The notes under the pieces were generated by a model, which had not been told where the DNA came from, did no database searches, and worked only from the letters and a program-made list of their open reading frames with translations. The translations under genes and the position numbers were made by a program. 64,000 bases of DNA, taken from Candidatus Doudnabacteria bacterium RIFCSPHIGHO2_01_FULL_46_14 (GTDB taxonomy: Bacteria; Patescibacteriota; Doudnabacteria; UBA920; 2-01-FULL-46-14). The stretch spans positions 19,377-83,376 of the forward strand of contig MFEK01000010.1 of the NCBI GenBank assembly GCA_001779925.1, written 5' to 3'. This document shows positions 27,308-35,238 of this stretch, one piece after another (the stretch's first letter is position 1; the number at the start of each line of letters is the position of its first letter).

Positions 27308-28630
27308 TTAATTAATATTTAAAAACTTTACCAAATCTTTTTGTTGCTTCACCTTTTCTTGCTTTCCTGTTTTCAGATTTTTGACGGTCGCCTCGTTTTT
27401 CTTTGCCTCATCCGGTCCGATGATCACAGCAAAGTTAATATTTTTCTTATCCGCATATTTCAGCTGTTTATCAAGCTTGGCAGGTGTATAGTAAAAATCG
27501 GTCTTTACCCCACTTTCCCTAATTTCCCTTACTATTTTAAGATAAAGTTCCTCAAGCGCCTCCTCAAGATTGCAAACCAGCACGTCCGAAACCAAATCAT
27601 ATTTTATCAATTCCAACTCTTCCAGCGCGGCCACAAGCCGGTCAATGCCAATGGACCCGCCGACAGCGGGAACCGACCTCCCCTTTGATTCCCCTCCTCG
27701 TGAGGAGGGGTTAGGGGAGGTTAAAAACATGCCCACAAGGTTGTCATATCTGCCGCCGCCCGCAACACTGCCATATTGCGGCGCGTCCGGCAAGATCACT
27801 TCAAAAACCGTGCCTGTATAATAATCAAGACCGCGGGCCAGGGTGAGATCAATCTGATAATTCTTCATTCCCCATTCCAGCAAAATCTCCACAAGCTCGG
27901 CAAGCTCCCCTGCACCTGACAGGCCAGCGAGTTTGGTCTCAATATCTTTTGAGTCTTCGAGTCCCAATTTGAGAGTTTCAAATAGCTCTTGTCTGGCTTT
28001 GGTTTTGATGCCGACAAGCGTGAGTTCCTCGCGCACTTTCGCTTCTCCGATTTTATCCATTTTATCGATCACCCGAATAGCGTCGACAACTTTATTTTTA
28101 GCCACACCCGAATTCTGTAAAATCGCATCAAGCAGTTTGCGGTTATTGATTCTGATAATTACGTCTTCAATCCCCAAGCTCTTCAGCGCTTCATTTATGC
28201 AAGCAATGACCTCTGCGTCCGCGATAATCGAATCTGACCCCACCACGTCCACGTCGCACTGGTAGAATTCGCGGTACCGTCCCTTTTGCGTATTATCCGC
28301 CCGCCACACTGGGGCAATCTGATAACGCTTGAAAGGCATGGGCAATTCATTCTGATACTGCGCAATCACCCTCGCCAAAGGCACAGTGAGGTCATAGCGC
28401 ATCGCCACATCTCGCTCGCCGCGATCCCGGAAACTGTACATGAGCTTTTCGCCCTCGCTACCGTATTTGCCGGTCAAAATTTCTTTGTATTCAAGGACCG
28501 GCGTTTCCATTGGCAAAAAACCGTATTTCTGAAATACAGCTCGGATGGTTTCAAAGATTTTTTCTCTCTCCAAAGCCTTCTCCGGCAAAAAATCCCGAAA
28601 ACCTTTCAATGTTTGCAATTCTTTTTTCAT
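27308..28630 (-). CDS. hisS: histidine--tRNA ligase
   Basis: MKKELQTLKGFRDFLPE...; motif 2/3 region ...SVAGGGRYDNLVGMF...; anticodon-binding domain; R7 in-frame between motif 3 and PAVGGSIGIDRL. Confidence 0.9.
   Translation of the reverse strand: MKKELQTLKGFRDFLPEKALEREKIFETIRAVFQKYGFLPMETPVLEYKEILTGKYGSEGEKLMYSFRDRGERDVAMRYDLTVPLARVIAQYQNELPMPFKRYQIAPVWRADNTQKGRYREFYQCDVDVVGSDSIIADAEVIACINEALKSLGIEDVIIRINNRKLLDAILQNSGVAKNKVVDAIRVIDKMDKIGEAKVREELTLVGIKTKARQELFETLKLGLEDSKDIETKLAGLSGAGELAELVEILLEWGMKNYQIDLTLARGLDYYTGTVFEVILPDAPQYGSVAGGGRYDNLVGMFLTSPNPSSRGGESKGRSVPAVGGSIGIDRLVAALEELELIKYDLVSDVLVCNLEEALEELYLKIVREIRESGVKTDFYYTPAKLDKQLKYADKKNINFAVIIGPDEAKKNEATVKNLKTGKQEKVKQQKDLVKFLNIN
27677..27728. 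repeat. repeat family A, locus R7, in-frame within hisS
   Basis: cctcccctttgattcccctcctcgtgaggaggggttaggggaggttaaaaa; encodes ...LTSPNPSSRGGESKG... Confidence 0.8.
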
Positions 28631-28736
28631 AAGTTAATAATACCACTTTCCATGTCTTAATTCTAATAGAAATACAGAAAGGCAAGACCGTAGTCTTGCC
28701 TTTCACTAATTCCGACTCCCCAGAACGGCTTGTGTT

Positions 28737-29066
28737 TCAACCGACTTTCACTTCATTGAAGAAACACGAGTTCTGTCCGGGAACGTGGCATGCAGGCCCT
28801 GCAGGCTGAACTAAATACAACAGCGCATCGCTGTCGCAGTCTAGGGTCATGGATACCACTTTCTGTGTATGTCCCGAAGTTGCTCCTTTGATCCAGAGTT
28901 CGTTTCTGGATCTGGACCAAAGGCAAACACCTCCTGTATGTTTAGTGATCACAAATGCTTCTTCGTTCGTATATGCCAGGGTCAGCACTTGCAGAGTGTT
29001 GCTGTCTTGAATGATGACCGGCACCAAACGGTCTGGATATTTCGCAAAATTCGGTTCAGGATTCAT
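28737..29066 (-). CDS. hisI: phosphoribosyl-AMP cyclohydrolase
   Basis: LVPVIIQD...VLTLAYTNEEAF...LWSRSRNELWIKGATSGHTQKV...LDCDSDALLYLVQPAGPACH. Confidence 0.75.
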   Translation of the reverse strand: MNPEPNFAKYPDRLVPVIIQDSNTLQVLTLAYTNEEAFVITKHTGGVCLWSRSRNELWIKGATSGHTQKVVSMTLDCDSDALLYLVQPAGPACHVPGQNSCFFNEVKVG

Positions 29067-29111
29067 TAAGGTTCCTCCCTTTGTCGACGTTCATAATACC
29101 AGATTTTGGTT

Positions 29112-29873
29112 TTACTTCCAATCCGACCACAGACTATTCATGTGCTTGTCCTTATCGCTGTATTCCTCTCTAAGTGCAATAATCTTCCGTGCCAGAAGAT
29201 TGACAACATGCTGCCACGCCTGTCCAGTGTTAGGGCCTTTTGGTCGAATGAACAGCTTTGTTGTGGAAATGCCAAGCTCTTGGATCACATGCAGGCGATT
29301 TTCTCGAAGGCTCTTTCCGCTTGCCACGACCGTAATCCCGTAAGGATACCTTTTTGGGACCATAGCCTCAACAGATCCGTACGAAAAAACTACATCTGCC
29401 TCACGCAGTAAATCTCTTTTGGTCCAGAATGGAAACTCCGAGAGGACTTTTGTGCCCTTTTCAATCTTTTCCAGAACACCCCAAGGCTCTTCTGTATCGG
29501 GTCCGACTAGTGCAATTTTTGCTCGCCCCTCGGCAGCAGCCCTGATTTCTGCCAGAGAATCATCGAGATTGCAGCCGGGATGATATGTACTTGGGAGCGA
29601 ACGCAAAAAGTACTCCCGGTTATTTATGGTGGGGTTGTTCTGGTAAAACCACTCGTAATAACAGTCGAGCCCAGTGATACCCAGATCAACAATTCCATGA
29701 TAAATCATCTCAGGAATATGCTGTGGTCGCATCCAAACGATCTGGGCAATCAGATCATGGTCAACCCTAACCCAGTGCTGACGTGTCGGCTTCGGCAATT
29801 CAATCCCAATTGCGAGAAATAGTTGCAGAATTGCCTTCTGTAAGGTTCCATTAGGTAACGCGATAGTCAACAT
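29112..29873 (-). CDS. hisG: ATP phosphoribosyltransferase (HisG-like)
   Basis: MLTIALPNGTL..., GIVDLGITGLD..., VASGKSLRENRL (S-G-x-[TS]-L-x-x-N) motifs; strong SD AAGGAGG upstream. Confidence 0.55.
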   Translation of the reverse strand: MLTIALPNGTLQKAILQLFLAIGIELPKPTRQHWVRVDHDLIAQIVWMRPQHIPEMIYHGIVDLGITGLDCYYEWFYQNNPTINNREYFLRSLPSTYHPGCNLDDSLAEIRAAAEGRAKIALVGPDTEEPWGVLEKIEKGTKVLSEFPFWTKRDLLREADVVFSYGSVEAMVPKRYPYGITVVASGKSLRENRLHVIQELGISTTKLFIRPKGPNTGQAWQHVVNLLARKIIALREEYSDKDKHMNSLWSDWK

Positions 29874-29886
29874 TTTTCTTCCTCCT

Positions 29887-29918
29887 TAAAAAACAAAAAT
29901 CCCCTGCGCTTGCAGGGG
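29887..29918 (-). terminator. rho-independent terminator between the YerC-like gene and hisG
   Basis: cccctgc-gctt-gcagggg hairpin followed on minus strand by ATTTTTGTTTTTT. Confidence 0.5.
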
Positions 29919-30061
29919 TTCGCCAGATTGAGTATTGAGAAAAATTAAACCATGCTCATACCAAATCTAACCAACCTCTCCAAGCTTGGAGAAGTGAGAA
30001 TGGTTAGAATGATGAGAATTGATAATATCAAACATATTTTTATAAATAAAACGTTTCGTAT

Positions 30062-30190
30062 TTCCCTCCCCTTACCGGCGGTCCCCCGAAAGCGTAATCG
30101 CTTTCGGGGTAGACTTGAGGGGGAGGGACTGAGGGAGGGGTGTGGTATTGAAGTTTCACCCCCACCTTGCCTCCCCCATCAAGGGGGAGG
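30062..30190. repeat. repeat family A, locus R8 (inverted pair; first unit carries a nested 40-nt hairpin insertion)
   Basis: ttccctcccctt[accggcggtcccccgaaagcgtaatcgctttcggggtagac]ttgagggggagggactgagggaggggtgtgg ... tttcacccccaccttgcctcccccatcaagggggagg. Confidence 0.85.
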
Positions 30191-30201
30191 AATAAAATCA
30201 G

Positions 30202-30519
30202 TCACAACTTCTTCAAACGATCAAGAACCAGGCGATAACCTCCCCTGCCGTGCTTGAGCCAATGCGCGACGCGGGTCACTGTGGACGTGCTGGTTTCGGC
30301 TTTATCGGCAATGCTCATATAAGTCATTTTGAGACGCAGCATACGAGCGATGCGAAAGCGCTCGGCCATTTCTTTAAGCTCTCGCATAGTCATGAGGTCG
30401 CGGAAAAAATCCTCGCATTCCTTGACTGTTTTCAACTTCAAAATCCCCTGGAACAGGGTCCTAGTGTCGTCGTTTTCCCAGCCGTACAGCTCGTCGTTCA
30501 ACATGAAAGAAAGCCTCAT
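30202..30519 (-). CDS. TrpR-like YerC/YecD-family DNA-binding protein
   Basis: ...LFQGILKLKTVKECEDFFRDLMTMRELKEMAERFRIARML... Confidence 0.65.
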   Translation of the reverse strand: MRLSFMLNDELYGWENDDTRTLFQGILKLKTVKECEDFFRDLMTMRELKEMAERFRIARMLRLKMTYMSIADKAETSTSTVTRVAHWLKHGRGGYRLVLDRLKKL

Positions 30520-30527
30520 TAATAATG

Positions 30528-30556
30528 CTATATTAGCATGTTAACACGCTAGTATA
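30528..30556. promoter_or_regulatory. 28-bp palindrome copy B (CTATATTAGCATGTTAACACGCTAGTATA), 8 bp upstream of YerC-like start codon
   Basis: Near-identical to 2568-2596; candidate operator. Confidence 0.45.
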
Positions 30557-30576
30557 GCCGTGTCAAGCCCTCTGAA

Positions 30577-30622
30577 TTTTCCCTCCCCTCAATGGGAAGG
30601 GATTGAGGGGAGGGGTGTATAA
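30577..30622. repeat. repeat family A, locus R9 (variant)
   Basis: ttttccctcccctcaatgggaagggattgaggggaggggtgtataat; its 3-prime end creates a TATAAT box 10 bp before the next gene. Confidence 0.75.
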
Positions 30623-30632
30623 TATAAATAGC

Positions 30633-31262
30633 ATGAATATTTTCAGCAATTTAAATACTTCCGAATTGAGAGTCTTTCAAAGGCTCAACTCCCCTGCCAA
30701 GATTCAGGACTATCTGGAAACGATCCCGATCAATTTTGAACGAAACGGACAGACATGCTATTCACCGAGGCAGGTTTTGAAGTTTAATCGCGCGCACTGC
30801 ATGGAGGGGGCGATGCTGGCCGCCACTATCCTCTATTTCCACGGTCATAAGCCGCTCATTGTAGACCTACGCGCTCACAAGCGCGACCGAGATCATGCTA
30901 TTGCGGTTTTTAAAGTCGGCGGCAAATGGGGCGCCATCTCCAAAACCAACCACGCAGTGCTGAGATATCGCGAACCGATCTATAACTCCATCCGCGAACT
31001 CGTTATGTCGTATTTCCACGAATATTTCCTGGACAACGGAAAAAAAACTTTGCGCAGTTACAGCCTGCCAGTGGACTTATCAAAATTTGATTCCAAAAAT
31101 TGGATCACTTCCCCGCAAGACCTCTGGTATATTGATAAGTATTTAAACCAAGTCCACCACATCCCTATTCTAAATAAAAAGCAGATCGCATCTCTGCGAT
31201 CTGCTGACAGAATTGAAATCCAGGCAGGCAAACTCACCGCTCAGAAGAAAAATCAGAACTAG
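30633..31262 (+). CDS. hypothetical protein (209 aa) with conserved Cys/His (..NRAHCMEGAMLAATILYFHG..)
   Basis: Start at ATG 30633 (MNIFSNL); no family assigned. Confidence 0.4.
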   Translation: MNIFSNLNTSELRVFQRLNSPAKIQDYLETIPINFERNGQTCYSPRQVLKFNRAHCMEGAMLAATILYFHGHKPLIVDLRAHKRDRDHAIAVFKVGGKWGAISKTNHAVLRYREPIYNSIRELVMSYFHEYFLDNGKKTLRSYSLPVDLSKFDSKNWITSPQDLWYIDKYLNQVHHIPILNKKQIASLRSADRIEIQAGKLTAQKKNQN

Positions 31263-31786
31263 TTTTCAATTATCTCAACTGGAAAATTCTCGGACTCCTT
31301 AATTAAATAGTCCTGAATAATTCTTGATGCCTCAAAACCTTCAATTCGATCATAGGTGCGCTCCCTGTGCTGAAAATATTGTGAACTATGCTTTTCTTTA
31401 TCGGGCGTCTCTATGAGTATCAATTTACCAAATTTTTGTAGCTTTTGAGGATCCAAAAACGCAGCTTCCATAATCAAATTGTCCGGAAACTTGCTTATCT
31501 CCCTGTCCACATAAAAGGACATACTCTCTCTAACGGCCTTTAAGCCTTTAACCACATTTTCTTCCGTGAGCGCGCCAAATCTCCTGAACGCTTCCTTGGT
31601 TCCCACATACAGGAAGGGGTCTTCTTTTTCGGTTTTTTCTTTTTGTGCCACTACTTCTCGCAGATAATCAGCTTCGACCAAGGGGTAATCTAATTCTGAT
31701 TTCAATCTCCGGCCATAGGTAGTTTTGCCTACTCCCGGCGCTCCATATATAAAAATTTTTGAAACTGGCTCCATAAATCCAATCAT
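31259..31786 (-). CDS. P-loop NTPase/kinase-family protein
   Basis: Walker A IFIYGAPGVGKTT; start chosen at MIGFMEPVSKIF. Confidence 0.45.
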   Translation of the reverse strand: MIGFMEPVSKIFIYGAPGVGKTTYGRRLKSELDYPLVEADYLREVVAQKEKTEKEDPFLYVGTKEAFRRFGALTEENVVKGLKAVRESMSFYVDREISKFPDNLIMEAAFLDPQKLQKFGKLILIETPDKEKHSSQYFQHRERTYDRIEGFEASRIIQDYLIKESENFPVEIIEN

Positions 31787-31918
31787 AACAAAAAAGCGCC
31801 TCTTCAGCGATTGTGATAGCCTTGCGGACAGCCATGGTACAATTCGCGCGAATTGTACCATGCACAAAATAAGGCTCAACACGTGTTGAGCCTTATTTTC
31901 CCAGACTTTTGTGCTAAT

Positions 31919-32170
31919 TCAAACCCGTTTCTCGACAGTGATTGTGCATTTAGCCACTAGCGCGGCGATTGCGCCAACTGCGGCAAAGACTGGCAGCAAA
32001 GCCGCACCAACCACGCCGATGGTCAGCGGAATTTCGATAAGGCTTTTGCCTTCTTCGTTTTTGATGATGATCCGGCGGACATTGCCGGCTTTCACAATTT
32101 CCTTGATCTTGCGCAAAACATCCTCCCCGGAAATCTTGAACTCTTCAATTGTAAATTGTTCTTCTGCCAT
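31919..32170 (-). CDS. DUF4342 family protein
   Basis: ...GNVRRIIIKNEEGKSLIEIPLTIGVVGAALLPVFAAVGAIAALVAKCTITVEK. Confidence 0.55.
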   Translation of the reverse strand: MAEEQFTIEEFKISGEDVLRKIKEIVKAGNVRRIIIKNEEGKSLIEIPLTIGVVGAALLPVFAAVGAIAALVAKCTITVEKRV

Positions 32171-32181
32171 ATAACAAAAAA

Positions 32182-32337
32182 TTAATCAATAAACCCCGGA
32201 CAAGTACATCCTTCAAACCGGCAGCTCGCCTCCCTTTCCGGTTCATCCAAATCTTCGGAAAAAGACTCGTGCGCGCCCGACGGATGACTGCAAGTTTTAC
32301 AAGCTGGCCCTATTTTTTCGTGTTCGTCGTTATTCAT
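32182..32337 (-). CDS. candidate 51-aa Cys-rich mini-protein (MNNDEHEKIGPACKTCSHPSGAHESFSEDLDEPEREASCRFEGCTCPGFID)
   Basis: Unannotated intergenic ORF between DUF4342 and PEBP genes; C-x2-C ... C-x4-C-x-C pattern; weak SD. Confidence 0.25.
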   Translation of the reverse strand: MNNDEHEKIGPACKTCSHPSGAHESFSEDLDEPEREASCRFEGCTCPGFID

Positions 32338-32358
32338 CCCGTTAAATCCTGGTAATAA

Positions 32359-32805
32359 TTATTTCGTTCGGCTATAAAGGCCGATTATTTGGGCTTGGCC
32401 GAGAATATGATTTTCCATGGCTTGTTCCAGGCCGGATTTGTCAATGCTCGCCGGCAAATCCAAAGTCGTATCCAGAGCGTAGAGTTTAAAAAAATAATGA
32501 TGCGCCCCGGAAGGAGGGCATGGTCCGCCGTAGCCAGGTTTGCCAAAACTCGTAGTCCCCTCTACTCCGGCTGGTGGCACGGAATTTTCAGCGATTTGTT
32601 TTGTTGCCGGGTTGATATTCCAGACCAGCCAATGCACCCAGCCATCGGCCACTGGCGCATCCGGATCATCGACAATCAAGGCCAAACTTTTCGCCTCGGC
32701 AGGAATGTCAGAAATCTCCAGAGGCGGATTTACATTTTCCTCGTCGCAAGTATATTTTGCCGGAATATTTTGATTGTTGGCGAATGCCGAGCTTGTGATT
32801 TGCAT
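32359..32805 (-). CDS. YbhB/YbcL-family PEBP (Raf-kinase-inhibitor-like) protein
   Basis: ...LIVDDPDAPVADGWVHWLVWNI...GPCPPSGAHHYFFKLYALD. Confidence 0.75.
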   Translation of the reverse strand: MQITSSAFANNQNIPAKYTCDEENVNPPLEISDIPAEAKSLALIVDDPDAPVADGWVHWLVWNINPATKQIAENSVPPAGVEGTTSFGKPGYGGPCPPSGAHHYFFKLYALDTTLDLPASIDKSGLEQAMENHILGQAQIIGLYSRTK

Positions 32806-32814
32806 ATCATGACT

Positions 32815-33447
32815 TCATTTGTTACTTAAGGTCGCCACTTTGATTCCCAGGGCGATGAGGACTGCGCCCATGACTCGTTCGAGGTAATGCTGGACTCCGG
32901 CAAAACGACTTTTTACGATCGGGCTGGAGAAAATAATACCGACAAGAGAAAACCACAGTAAAGTAGCTAGCGACATTTCCAAACCATACACGAGCTGAAT
33001 AGCAAGCGGCGTGGCGGGATCAATAATCTGCGTGAACAGCGCAAGGAAAAACGCCGTGGCTTTAGGGTTGAGTGCATTGGTCAAAAAACCCATTTTGATT
33101 GCTTCCCATCTGGAAATGTCTGCTGTTCTTGTTTCTTGGATTTCTGTGGGCGCTGCAGGCTTAGCGCGCAGAGACTTAACCCCAATGAAAATCAGGTAAG
33201 CTGCGCCCAAAAACTTAATGGTGTTAAAAATCATCACAGATTTGGTAATGATAAATCCAATACCCACGAGCGAATAAGTAACGTGCAGGGAAATCCCCAG
33301 CGCCAATCCCAAAGCCGAGTACCTGGCGATCCGCCGGGAATATTTAAAACTGTTTCTGACAATCAGGGCAAAGTCCGGCCCTGGGCTCATCACAGCCAGC
33401 AGATGGATGCCGGCAACTGTCAGCAATTGAGGAAGATAATGCATCAT
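32815..33447 (-). CDS. LysE/RhtB-family amino-acid exporter
   Basis: 6-TM, ...AVMSPGPDFALIV... signature. Confidence 0.7.
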   Translation of the reverse strand: MMHYLPQLLTVAGIHLLAVMSPGPDFALIVRNSFKYSRRIARYSALGLALGISLHVTYSLVGIGFIITKSVMIFNTIKFLGAAYLIFIGVKSLRAKPAAPTEIQETRTADISRWEAIKMGFLTNALNPKATAFFLALFTQIIDPATPLAIQLVYGLEMSLATLLWFSLVGIIFSSPIVKSRFAGVQHYLERVMGAVLIALGIKVATLSNK

Positions 33448-33466
33448 AGCTTTATTTTAGCACTTT

Positions 33467-33952
33467 CTAATTGCCCGCAAATAGCAGATAGATAAAATAG
33501 CCGGCCATGGCAAAAACCACGCCGAGCTTGATTGCTGTGCCGATCAAAAATGCGAGAAACGCCCGCCAAGCGGCTTCGGCAGCTTTGTGCGTATCGTAAG
33601 AGGTTAAAAACTCGCCAACGAACGCCCCGATGAGCGGGCCGAAGATTATACCGAGCGGCCCCAAGAGTACCACGCCAAAAACCGTTCCCAATATCGCCCC
33701 GAGCGCGCCCTTTTTCGAAGAACGCACCCCGAGCGCGGGCGCAAAAAAATCCATGGCAAAGGTCAGGATAGTCAGGACCAAAAAAATCGCAATCGCCCAG
33801 CCGGAAAAATTCTCAAAATGCGTGGCAACCCCATAAAGGATCAACCCGCCCAAAACCAACGGCGGCCCCGGCAAAAACGGCGCGACTGTGCCTACAATGC
33901 CGACCAGAATCAAGATCCCTGAAACAATTGTCCAAAGAATGTCGTAATTCAT
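33467..33952 (-). CDS. DUF456 family membrane protein
   Basis: ...GIVGTVAPFLPGPPLVLGGLILYG... pattern. Confidence 0.5.
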   Translation of the reverse strand: MNYDILWTIVSGILILVGIVGTVAPFLPGPPLVLGGLILYGVATHFENFSGWAIAIFLVLTILTFAMDFFAPALGVRSSKKGALGAILGTVFGVVLLGPLGIIFGPLIGAFVGEFLTSYDTHKAAEAAWRAFLAFLIGTAIKLGVVFAMAGYFIYLLFAGN

Positions 33953-34308
33953 CTAGTCAGAATTGCCAGACCGGCAGTCAGAAGCATCAGATCAAATTCC
34001 CAGCCGGTAACAGTCTGACCCATAAACGGCATCTTCCATTTAAAAATTTTAAAATAAATCGCGCCCAGCATGATTAGCGCGACAACTGCGGCCGCGTACT
34101 GGACAAATTGATTTGCAATCAAAGCGACCCCGGCCGCGACCTCGATTGCCCCATGAAGCGTGCCAACAAATGAAGGCGCGCCATAAGCGCTCGCTACCTG
34201 CGCTGGATTTTTCAGCTTCGGCACAGCATGCACGATAAAAATTACACCAACCACTGCCTGCAAAACCCAAAAGGCAATGTCCGCGTACTGGTTTAAGCCT
34301 TCAAACAT
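33949..34308 (-). CDS. DoxX-family membrane protein
   Basis: 4-TM 119 aa with DoxX-like N-terminus. Confidence 0.55.
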   Translation of the reverse strand: MFEGLNQYADIAFWVLQAVVGVIFIVHAVPKLKNPAQVASAYGAPSFVGTLHGAIEVAAGVALIANQFVQYAAAVVALIMLGAIYFKIFKWKMPFMGQTVTGWEFDLMLLTAGLAILTR

Positions 34309-34329
34309 ACGATTTCCTTTCTTTTAATT

Positions 34330-35238
34330 TTAACTTAAAATTTCCTGTAAAAGCGCCATCCGCAGATACAGACCGTTTTTAACCTGGGCAAAATATTTAG
34401 CATTGGGGAGGCTGTCTACCTCCATGGCGATTTCATCAATGCGCGGCAAGGGATCGAGCACCACCACGTCTTTATCCTTGAGCATGTCTGCAGTAAGAAT
34501 CAATGCGCGGCGATACTTTTCAAATTCATTCTTCTCCGCAAAACGTTCCTCTTGCAGACGGTTCATGTATAACACATCTGCGTCCAAACCGGATTTGAGA
34601 TCCGCTGTTTCGGTAAGCTGAATGCCTCGCTGCTTTAACTTTTCCAAAAAATCCGGAGCGGCGCGCAAGCTCTCAGGAGAAATGAAAGTCAGCTTATTCC
34701 CACGATACAAACTGAGCAGCAACGCCAGCGAACGAATTGTTCGCGAGTGTTTCGGGTCGCAAGCCAATGCGACGTGCAAATTATCAAGTCGGCCTGTTTC
34801 CCTTTTAATCGTATAAAGGTCATTTAGAGCCTGGGTCGGATGTTCATTTGCACCGTCTCCGGCATTGATCAAAGGTATGTCAGAAACTTTTGCGGCCGCT
34901 TCCGCACTCCCCTCTTTGGAATGTCTGAATACTACGGCATCGGCATATTGATTAACTACACGAATGATGTCCTCAAGCGGCTCACCCCGCGCCGCTTTCG
35001 TGGATTCCATGGCATTTTCCGCGCTGATCACGCCTGCCCCGAGTTTCAAAGCAGCGGCCTCGAACGACAGACGGGTGCGAGTGCTCGGCTCAAAAAATAA
35101 AGTAGCGACAATTTTCCCAGCCAGCGTTTGAGGAATTTTGCCTTTGTCATCCGCCGCCTGCATCCTGTCAGCCAATTTGAAAAGTTTTTCTAGTTCTTTC
35201 GTGTCTGTGAATTGCTCAGCTTTCAAAATATGTTTCAT
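34330..35238 (-). CDS. pyrB: aspartate carbamoyltransferase catalytic subunit
   Basis: FFEPSTRTRLSFE, HPTQAL, ...LHVALAC... motifs. Confidence 0.9.
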   Translation of the reverse strand: MKHILKAEQFTDTKELEKLFKLADRMQAADDKGKIPQTLAGKIVATLFFEPSTRTRLSFEAAALKLGAGVISAENAMESTKAARGEPLEDIIRVVNQYADAVVFRHSKEGSAEAAAKVSDIPLINAGDGANEHPTQALNDLYTIKRETGRLDNLHVALACDPKHSRTIRSLALLLSLYRGNKLTFISPESLRAAPDFLEKLKQRGIQLTETADLKSGLDADVLYMNRLQEERFAEKNEFEKYRRALILTADMLKDKDVVVLDPLPRIDEIAMEVDSLPNAKYFAQVKNGLYLRMALLQEILS

